Shown piece after piece: positions 57,327 through 64,000 of a stretch of DNA of 64,000 nucleotides (position 1 is the first letter of the stretch; each line of letters starts with the position of its first letter). Both the position numbers and the translations under genes were made by a program. The DNA is taken from NCBI GenBank assembly GCA_002788855.1, contig PFSB01000006.1, forward strand, positions 99,292-163,291, given 5' to 3'. Below the pieces are notes generated by a model, which was given only the letters and a program-made list of their open reading frames with translations, was not told the origin of the DNA and did not search any database. Source of the DNA: Candidatus Roizmanbacteria bacterium CG_4_9_14_0_2_um_filter_38_17. GTDB lineage: Bacteria; Patescibacteriota; Microgenomatia; GCA-00278855.

Positions 57327-58793
57327 ATGATTCGCGCAAAGGATATAACATTTTCGTATGGTAGTGAGCTCGTTTTTGATAAAACTAGTTTTATCATTAC
57401 TGAAGGTCAAAAAGTTGGCATGGTTGGTCCAAATGGGGCTGGTAAATCAACATTATTTTCCATTATTACAAATAAACTAGAGCTGGATGCTGGAAGTATC
57501 GAGACGACTGGAACTGTCGGATATGTTCCACAGGAAGTTAAGCAAGATCCTAGTTTAGAAGAGTCTTTATCAGTAAGAGACTATATTGATCCAGAAAAGC
57601 AGAAGAGCGATTTCGAGCTAAAAAAACTATTAGCAGGACTAGAATTAGATCATGTAGCGCTACTATCAAAGCCCAAGATCTTGAGTGGAGGCCAAAAAAC
57701 AAAACTAGCTCTTGCACGAGCTTTAATTCAAGAGCCTGACCTACTGCTGTTGGATGAACCTGTTAATTTTATGGATTCTGCTGGTAAGAGATTCGTGATG
57801 AACTTCTTGAGTCAATATCCTAAATCTCTGATGATCGTGTCCCATGACCTTGATTTACTGGACGAGCACATTGATAAGGTCTTGATATTAAATATACAAA
57901 GCAAAAAAATAGAGACGTATGCTGGAACATATAAAAAAGCAATGAAACTCAAAGAAGAACAGGAAGAGCATTTTAAAAGACAGGTTAGAGTAAAGGAGAA
58001 GCATATAGAACAAATGGAAAAATCATTGCTTAAGCTCTACAGGAACAAGTCAAAAAAAGGGGTACGTGCTCGCATGCAACACATAAAACGTATTGGGCAA
58101 GAAAAATCTGCGCTTCCTGCAATGCCAACTGCGATTAAAAAATTTAAGCTAGATTTACCTGAACCTAGTAGAATTGCTGAGTTACCAATAATGGTTAAGG
58201 GTATCAATAAATCATATGGTGATAATAAGGTTCTTAAAGACCTATCTTTTTATGTAAATAGAGGAGAGAAAATATTAATAACTGGAGACAACGGGGCAGG
58301 TAAGTCGACACTTATTAAAATTATTATGAATAAAATTAAAGCAGATACAGGTACAGTTTTGATCAAGGAAAACGTGCAAATTGGCTACTATTCTCAAGAG
58401 TTTGAAACTTTTGATTTTAGCAAAAGAGTGTTGGATACGGTAATGGAGGAGTGTGGTATCTATGAGCAGAAAGCTCGGAGTTTTTTGGGGAGGTTTATGT
58501 TTGATGCAGATAATGTAAAACAGCGCGTCGGGACGCTCTCAGGAGGTGAAAAAACTAGATTGTCTGTGGCTATGATAATGCTGAATAATAATAATCTCTT
58601 AGTTCTTGATGAACCTACTACCTATCTTGATCCTCTGAGCCAAAGAATCGTTCTCGAAGCTCTCAAGGAATATAAAGGAACTCTTGTATTAGTTAGCCAT
58701 GTGGATGAATTTGTAAAAGAATTAAAACCAGATAGAGCATTCCTCATGCCAGAAGGTGAACTAATCACCTGGTTCTCCACCCAGGATTATTAG
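57327..58793 (+). CDS. ABC-F family ATPase (two ABC domains, basic inter-domain linker; no TM domain)
   Basis: Two Walker A (GMVGPNGAGKST, ITGDNGAGKST), two LSGG signature motifs, K/R-rich linker. Confidence 0.8.
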   Translation: MIRAKDITFSYGSELVFDKTSFIITEGQKVGMVGPNGAGKSTLFSIITNKLELDAGSIETTGTVGYVPQEVKQDPSLEESLSVRDYIDPEKQKSDFELKKLLAGLELDHVALLSKPKILSGGQKTKLALARALIQEPDLLLLDEPVNFMDSAGKRFVMNFLSQYPKSLMIVSHDLDLLDEHIDKVLILNIQSKKIETYAGTYKKAMKLKEEQEEHFKRQVRVKEKHIEQMEKSLLKLYRNKSKKGVRARMQHIKRIGQEKSALPAMPTAIKKFKLDLPEPSRIAELPIMVKGINKSYGDNKVLKDLSFYVNRGEKILITGDNGAGKSTLIKIIMNKIKADTGTVLIKENVQIGYYSQEFETFDFSKRVLDTVMEECGIYEQKARSFLGRFMFDADNVKQRVGTLSGGEKTRLSVAMIMLNNNNLLVLDEPTTYLDPLSQRIVLEALKEYKGTLVLVSHVDEFVKELKPDRAFLMPEGELITWFSTQDY

Positions 58794-58834
58794 AATTATA
58801 TAGAGCGTCGCTCTATTAAGGCCTTGTTTACAAC

Positions 58835-58859
58835 CTATTAAAAACTGGGTTTTTAATAG
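58835..58859. repeat. REP-B palindrome (fifth copy)
   Basis: CTATTAAAAACTGGGTTTTTAATAG. Confidence 0.75.
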
Positions 58860-58988
58860 GAAAGAGCGGAAGCTTCAAAGCCGAGCTTTATGCTCTAGTA
58901 TATAGTTTGGTTTTAGAATCGCTTAACTTAAAGCAATGCTATTTATTACATAAAAAGCCTCGCTTTGTTTCACTTGCTTACTGAAAAG

Positions 58989-59011
58989 TGTCAAACGTCC
59001 AGCGTTTGACA
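58989..59011. promoter_or_regulatory. Perfect inverted repeat TGTCAAACG-N5-CGTTTGACA upstream of murD, overlapping putative promoter (TTGCTT-17-TAAAAT at 59015..59043)
   Basis: 9-bp arms exact reverse complements; shares TGTCAA/TTGACA half-site with trmB-like/glmS region. Confidence 0.45.
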
Positions 59012-59056
59012 ACTTTGCTTAGGATGGGGGTTTGGATTAAAATAGTAGTACAGAAG

Positions 59057-60406
59057 ATGCAAAACCTTAATCCAGTTGAAACCTTGCGTGAGAAATATTC
59101 AGGTAAGAATGTGTTAGTTTTAGGGATAGGGGTATTGGGTGGAGGAGTTGGCTCCGCGCGTTTTTTTGCAGATATTGGTGCAAAAGTTGTAGCAACTGAT
59201 CTTAAGTCAGCTGAACAACTCGACCCCTCTTTACTTAGGCAGCTACAAGATTTGGGAGTAGAGCTCAAGCTAGGTGGACATAGTAAAGAAATGATAGATG
59301 CTGCGGATCTGGTGATTCGTAACCCAGCGGTTCCTTTAGATTCTGAATATGTACAATACGCAAAAGAGCAAAATATTCCGGTTGTAATGGACGCAGCCTT
59401 ATTTGTAACTTTAAGCCCTGCTCCTATTATTGGTGTAACAGGTACCAGAGGTAAAACAACTACCTGTAATATGATTGCTTCTATTTTACAAGCTGTGGGT
59501 AAGCATGTGCTGCTGGGAGGAAATATTCATGGCACATCTACGCTTGATCTACTCTACGAAGTGAATGAAAAATCTATTGTGGTATTAGAATTATCTAGCT
59601 GGGCGCTACAGGGATTTTGCGATTTTGCGGTTAGCCCTCATATTGCTGTCATAACTAATATTTATCCAGACCATCTTAATAGATATACTGATATGCAGAG
59701 CTATGTGGATGATAAACAAACAATCTTTGCTTACCAGAAGCCTAACGATATATTGTTCTTAAATAGTGAAGATGGTTTTACAAGTAAATTTTCAAAAAAA
59801 GTAGTGGGCAAGGTGGGATTGTTTAACAAAAAAGATTTACTGCAAAAAATTGAATTACAGTTACCTGGTGAGCACAATATGGCAAACGCGGCTTGTGCTT
59901 TTGGAGTTGCTAGATATCTAGGTGTAAGTGAGAAGGATATTTTATCGAGCCTATCTCAGTTTTCTGGAGTCCCATATAGGCTGGAAATTATTGCTGAAAT
60001 AAATGGAGTGACATATGTAAATGACACAACCAGCACGACCCCTACATCTGTTATTGCGGCACTAAATGCCTTTATGAATAAGTCGATTGTATTAATTATT
60101 GGAGGTGCGGATAAAAATTTACCTCTTGATGAGCTCGTAAAATTATTCCAGAGTGAAAAACAGATTAAAGACGTGGTGTTTCTTAAAGGTGGAGGGACCA
60201 GTAAGTTGCTTGAAGCCTTAGGCAGGCAGGACGCTGTTGTCTATGATAACCTTGAGAAAGCAGTTTTTGCAGCATCTAACAAAGCTAACAAAGGAGATTA
60301 TGTAATATTTAGTCCAGGATTTACTTCTTTTGAGATGTTTAAAAATGAATTTGATCGAGGAGATAGATTCAACCAAATTGTGAACTCACTTAATGCAAAA
60401 AATTAA
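59057..60406 (+). CDS. murD: UDP-N-acetylmuramoylalanine--D-glutamate ligase MurD
   Basis: N-terminal VLVLGIGVLGGGVGSARFFADIGAKVVATD Rossmann-like domain, P-loop GVTGTRGKTTT; start placed at ATG 59057. Confidence 0.85.
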   Translation: MQNLNPVETLREKYSGKNVLVLGIGVLGGGVGSARFFADIGAKVVATDLKSAEQLDPSLLRQLQDLGVELKLGGHSKEMIDAADLVIRNPAVPLDSEYVQYAKEQNIPVVMDAALFVTLSPAPIIGVTGTRGKTTTCNMIASILQAVGKHVLLGGNIHGTSTLDLLYEVNEKSIVVLELSSWALQGFCDFAVSPHIAVITNIYPDHLNRYTDMQSYVDDKQTIFAYQKPNDILFLNSEDGFTSKFSKKVVGKVGLFNKKDLLQKIELQLPGEHNMANAACAFGVARYLGVSEKDILSSLSQFSGVPYRLEIIAEINGVTYVNDTTSTTPTSVIAALNAFMNKSIVLIIGGADKNLPLDELVKLFQSEKQIKDVVFLKGGGTSKLLEALGRQDAVVYDNLEKAVFAASNKANKGDYVIFSPGFTSFEMFKNEFDRGDRFNQIVNSLNAKN

Positions 60407-61529
60407 AAAGAGAGCCAGACACAAACTTCGCAAGGTAGGACCTCGTCTATCTGGTAAGCGTCCCAATTCCACGTCTTTTCTTATCATTATAGTTACGATA
60501 GTGTTGGCTGCATTTGGACTGCTGATGATATTTGAAGCTTCGGCCGTCTCGGCTTTGCGAACATTTGACGATAAATTTCATTTTTTGCGAAACCAAGGAA
60601 CCTGGGCGAGTATAGGTTTAGTGAGCATGTTTATAGTTTCACGTATAGATTATCGTAGATATTACAGCATGTCAGTATTTTTATTGAGCGGTGTAATATT
60701 TAGTTTAATTATGGTTTTTTTACCAGGTATCGGCCTTAAAGCGTCAGGAGCTCATCGCTGGATTAATCTGGGCTTTTTTAATTTTCAACCTACAGAGTTG
60801 GCAAAGCTCGTATTAGTTATTTATCTTGCTGCTTGGTTTACACATAAGGAAAAAAATCGATTATTGTCGTTTGGTTTGTTGCTTTTTGTTGTATTGGGTT
60901 TGATAGTGCTGGAGCCAGATTTGGGTACGGCAATTATTATTGGTGCTATTGCGATGGTTTTATACTTTTTATCTGGCGCACCACTTGCCCAGTTTGTTTT
61001 ACTAATACCAGTAGGTGTGGTTTTGGTGCTGCTTTTGGCATTGACGTCACCCTATCGTTACCAACGTATAATGACATTCTTAAAGCCAGATTCTGATCCA
61101 CTTGGGGCGTCTTATCATGTTCAACAGCTGTTGTTGGGTTTTGGTAGTGGGGGCTGGTTTGGAGTAGGGTTAGGTAGATCGTTGCAGAAATTTTCGTATC
61201 TGCCCGAAGCGACTACGGACTCTATCTTTTCAATTGTGGGAGAAGAAACCGGTTTTATCGGCGCCAGTTTAGTTTTGTTACTATATTTGATACTAATTGT
61301 AGTTGCATTTAAAGTTGCTGTGAACTCACCAACTCGCTTTGGACAGCTACTTGCTGCTGGGATAGGCAGCTGGATTGCTATACAGACTATAATCAACCTT
61401 GGAGCTACTGTTGCTCTCTTACCACTAACCGGAGTACCGTTGATGCTATTATCATATGGTGGTTCAAGTTTATTGGTTACATTTTTAGGAATTGGAATTT
61501 TGTTAAACATTAGTAAACAAAGCAAATGA
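60393..61529 (+). CDS. ftsW: SEDS-family peptidoglycan glycosyltransferase FtsW
   Basis: 10-TM pattern, conserved SEDS segments (PTELAKLVLVIYLAAWF, ATTDSIFSIVGEETGFIG). Confidence 0.85.
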   Translation: MQKIKKRARHKLRKVGPRLSGKRPNSTSFLIIIVTIVLAAFGLLMIFEASAVSALRTFDDKFHFLRNQGTWASIGLVSMFIVSRIDYRRYYSMSVFLLSGVIFSLIMVFLPGIGLKASGAHRWINLGFFNFQPTELAKLVLVIYLAAWFTHKEKNRLLSFGLLLFVVLGLIVLEPDLGTAIIIGAIAMVLYFLSGAPLAQFVLLIPVGVVLVLLLALTSPYRYQRIMTFLKPDSDPLGASYHVQQLLLGFGSGGWFGVGLGRSLQKFSYLPEATTDSIFSIVGEETGFIGASLVLLLYLILIVVAFKVAVNSPTRFGQLLAAGIGSWIAIQTIINLGATVALLPLTGVPLMLLSYGGSSLLVTFLGIGILLNISKQSK

Positions 61530-62626
61530 GAATAGTTATTACCGGAGGACATCCAGGACCAGCGCTGGCTGTAATTGATCATATTAGAACAAGCTATCCC
61601 GACTGGAAGATATATTTTGTAGGAACTAAAAACCCCTTAACAGATGATAAAGCTTTGTCATTTGAGTATAAAGAGATAGCTACAAGAGGTCTTTCTTTTA
61701 TTAATTTAGATACGGGAAAATTTGATAGAGCAAATAAATTAAAGTTAATACTAAATTCATATAAAATTGCCCGTGGGTATTTTAAAAGCTTAGCTATTCT
61801 TAAGAGAATAAAACCAGATGTTGTATTATCTTTTGGTGGATACTTGGCGGTTCCTGTAGCATTTGGTGCGAAAACTCTGGGAATTAAGATCCTCACCCAT
61901 GAGCAGACTTTTGGAGTGGGATTTGCAAATAGGTTAATTGCCAGAATTGCAGATAGAGTGCTGTTGTCGTGGGAAGAAACAAAGCTAGTGGATCCTCGCT
62001 GGAAAAGCTTGGTAACTGGTTTACCTATTCGCAAATCCGTAATTAATGCCAAAACTCAGATGGATAAGTCTAAGTTGCCATTAATACTAGTGATGGGTGG
62101 AAGCCAGGGGGCACATTTTATTAATCAGCTTATTGGAAACATGCTAGATGATTTGTTGAGCGTATTTAGAGTTGTGCACCAAGTGGGAGATTCTAGTGCT
62201 TATGATGATTACGTTACGCTTAATCACAAACGCAAAGAAATGAAACAAGAGATAGGTGATAAGTATGAGTTATATAAGCATATATCTACAGAAAAAATTG
62301 GCACATATCTTGAGCTTGCTGATATTGTAATTTCACGCGCTGGAATAAATACTATGGCTGAGCTTTTGTATTTGCAAAAAAAAGCCGTATTAATTCCATT
62401 GCTCGAGAGTATTAATCCTGAGCAGTTAGTAAATGCTAGATATTATAAAGAGACACAGCTGGGTACATATCTAAAGCAAGATGAAGTTACACCAGAGAAA
62501 TTACATAACGAAATCAACAATATAGCAAAGAATAATGCGGCTAAAAGTGATATTCCAGTATTTAAGATGCTGGAGTTTGCGGCAGATAACGTCGTTAAGG
62601 AGTTAATAGCTGTAACCAATGGGTAG
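61526..62626 (+). CDS. murG: Undecaprenyldiphospho-muramoylpentapeptide beta-N-acetylglucosaminyltransferase MurG
   Basis: MRIVITGGHPGPALAV N-terminal G-loop, GT28 architecture, GGSQGAHFIN. Confidence 0.85.
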   Translation: MRIVITGGHPGPALAVIDHIRTSYPDWKIYFVGTKNPLTDDKALSFEYKEIATRGLSFINLDTGKFDRANKLKLILNSYKIARGYFKSLAILKRIKPDVVLSFGGYLAVPVAFGAKTLGIKILTHEQTFGVGFANRLIARIADRVLLSWEETKLVDPRWKSLVTGLPIRKSVINAKTQMDKSKLPLILVMGGSQGAHFINQLIGNMLDDLLSVFRVVHQVGDSSAYDDYVTLNHKRKEMKQEIGDKYELYKHISTEKIGTYLELADIVISRAGINTMAELLYLQKKAVLIPLLESINPEQLVNARYYKETQLGTYLKQDEVTPEKLHNEINNIAKNNAAKSDIPVFKMLEFAADNVVKELIAVTNG

Positions 62627-63302
62627 GACTAAATTACTTTCTTTTGTTATATTATTGTTTGTTATTGCTGGTGAATTATATATTGTCTCCTTGTTGTGGG
62701 GGTTCGAGAGAGTGGGTAGGGTTTTTACCAATAACTATTTGAATCCAGCATTTTTTAAGTTTGGAAAGTTTAATGTCCTAGGTGTTTCCAAGCAACAGCT
62801 AATGGATCAGATGAAAGAGTATGATCCTGAGCTGACCAATGTAAAGATCACGAAAAAACTAAATGGTGACATATATATTGATGTAGCCGGTATTGAGGAA
62901 AAATACATGCTGGCAGATAAAGATGAAACACAGTTTTTTTCCGCTGATGAGAGAGGTGTTGTAATTAAAGAGGCCACTGGGCAAGATAAATTGCTGATTG
63001 TGACTGGTAAAGCGAGCTTAAAAAAAGGCTCCAAAATGGATTCAGAGTCTGAGAGAGCAGCGCTAATTTTAGTAGATAAAGTAGCCAAATACCCAGCTTT
63101 GGAAGAGTTGAAAAAGGTGATTATTCAAGACGACAAGCTACTAATGGTCTTTGAGCGGAATTTTGTGGTAATATTGCCTATTGTAGAGGATCTTGATTCT
63201 TACTTACAATCTTTACAAATCCTGCTAGATCGGTTTACAATAGAAGGTAAGCTGCCACAAGAGATAGATATGAGATATATCAGGGCAGTGGTAAAAATGT
63301 AA
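62619..63302 (+). CDS. ftsQ: Cell-division protein FtsQ/DivIB-like (TM plus POTRA)
   Basis: N-terminal TM, position between murG and ftsA. Confidence 0.5.
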   Translation: MGRTKLLSFVILLFVIAGELYIVSLLWGFERVGRVFTNNYLNPAFFKFGKFNVLGVSKQQLMDQMKEYDPELTNVKITKKLNGDIYIDVAGIEEKYMLADKDETQFFSADERGVVIKEATGQDKLLIVTGKASLKKGSKMDSESERAALILVDKVAKYPALEELKKVIIQDDKLLMVFERNFVVILPIVEDLDSYLQSLQILLDRFTIEGKLPQEIDMRYIRAVVKM

Positions 63303-63304
63303 TA

Positions 63305-64000
63305 TGGCTAAAGACAGAGTTATTGTTGGAATAGATATTGGTAGTGAAAAAATTGCGACCCTCATTGCTTCGGTTTCTGAGGATGAGCAGCCACGCATAA
63401 TTGGTGTTTCCACAGTTTTAAGCAAAGGTATCAAGAGAAGCCAGGTAGTAGACATTGAGCAGGCTACAAAAAGTGTGTTATCTAGTTTAGAGAGCGCAGA
63501 ACGCATGGCTGGGTACCAAGTGACAAATGCATTTATCTCAGTCGGTGGATCTCATATTGGATCGGTCAATTCGCAAGGAGTAGTAGCTGTTGCTAATCCA
63601 GATAAAGAGATTATCAACGATGATATTGAGCGGGCTATTGAGGCAGCAAAAGCACTATCCATACCTTCTACTCAGGCAATTTTACATGTACTGCCACGGC
63701 AGTTTACCGTCGATTCTCAGGAAGGTATAAAAGATCCAGTAGGAATGACAGGTGTACGTTTGGAGGTAGACACACATCTAGTTACTGGTGGAGCAACATC
63801 TATCAGAAACTTAACTAAATGTGTTGAAGAGGTGGGCATAGATGTTGAGGGGTTAGTCTTTAATGGGTTGGCTTCTTCCAGCAGTACATTAACAGATACT
63901 GAAAAAGAACTTGGTGTAGTAATGCTGGATATTGGTGCGGGAACAACTGATCTTTGTATCTGGATTGAAGGATCATTAGCTTATTCAGCTGTTGTACCAG
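63305..64000 (+). CDS. ftsA: Cell-division protein FtsA, N-terminal part (continues past right edge)
   Basis: MAKDRVIVGIDIGSEKIATLIA actin-fold phosphate-1 motif; open to end of window. Confidence 0.85.

Noticed and set aside
58988-59056. Track start of murD at GTG 58988 (MSNVQRLTTLLRMGVWIKIVVQK...)
   Set aside because: The first 23 codons cover the TGTCAAACG-N5-CGTTTGACA palindrome and the promoter-like TTGCTT/TAAAAT. The conserved MurD sequence begins at ATG 59057.

Overview
This 64-kb window is low-GC and gene-dense with many ATGA-type start/stop overlaps. It looks like the reduced genome of a CPR/Patescibacteria-like bacterium, but that assignment is inference only.

Left half (1-32.2 kb): a very large envelope-glycan / extracytoplasmic glycosylation cluster.
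- Soluble enzymes: two SAM methyltransferases, two SDR epimerase/dehydratases, a GDP-mannose pyrophosphorylase, a small initiating phosphoglycosyltransferase, two GT2 and about five GT4 glycosyltransferases (one a truncated tandem paralog), and a hexapeptide acetyltransferase.
- Polytopic membrane proteins: at least five GT-C-like proteins. One is a 1136-aa YfhO-like giant. Another is a 1028-aa fusion of an O-antigen-ligase (Wzy_C)-like domain with an ArnT/PMT-like domain. There is also a DUF4012-like envelope protein.
- An accessory insertion at 10.0-12.2 kb interrupts this cluster. It carries an MNT/HEPN and a Phd/RelE toxin-antitoxin pair, each with a leaderless sigma70-like promoter. The pairs are separated by three copies of a CCGCAAGTAGCCCTGA-type motif. 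An 86-bp direct duplication of the 3' end of the adjacent FAD-oxidoreductase gene marks an integration scar.

Right half (32.2-64 kb): housekeeping genes and a split, rearranged division/cell-wall (dcw) region.
- Housekeeping: recO and glyQS.
- First dcw block: mraZ-rsmH-ftsL-ftsI-[RAYT pseudogene]-murE-murC-murA-glmU-like.
- Second dcw block: glmS-yvcK-hydrolase-murF-degT-femX-dgkA-mraY-ABC-F-murD-ftsW-murG-ftsQ-ftsA.
- Unusual features: a MurF with a polytopic N-terminal membrane domain, a MurE lacking its N-terminal domain, and FemAB plus DegT genes inside the cluster.

Mobile and repeat content:
- Two REP-associated tyrosine transposase (RAYT, HuH/Y1) genes are present, each bracketed by its own inverted pair of perfect palindromic REP hairpins: REP-A TATATAAAGATCGGATCTTTATATA and REP-B CTATTAAAAACTGGGTTTTTAATAG.
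- One RAYT is inactivated by a TGG to TGA nonsense change.
- REP-B is scattered at least five times through the dcw region.
- Two REP-B copies flank an AT-rich 1.5-kb cassette of two unknown membrane-anchored proteins next to a TrmB-like regulator. This cassette is the best candidate here for an undescribed accessory system.

No rRNA or tRNA genes and no CRISPR array were seen. All calls rest on reading the supplied translations and sequence for motifs; no database search was possible.
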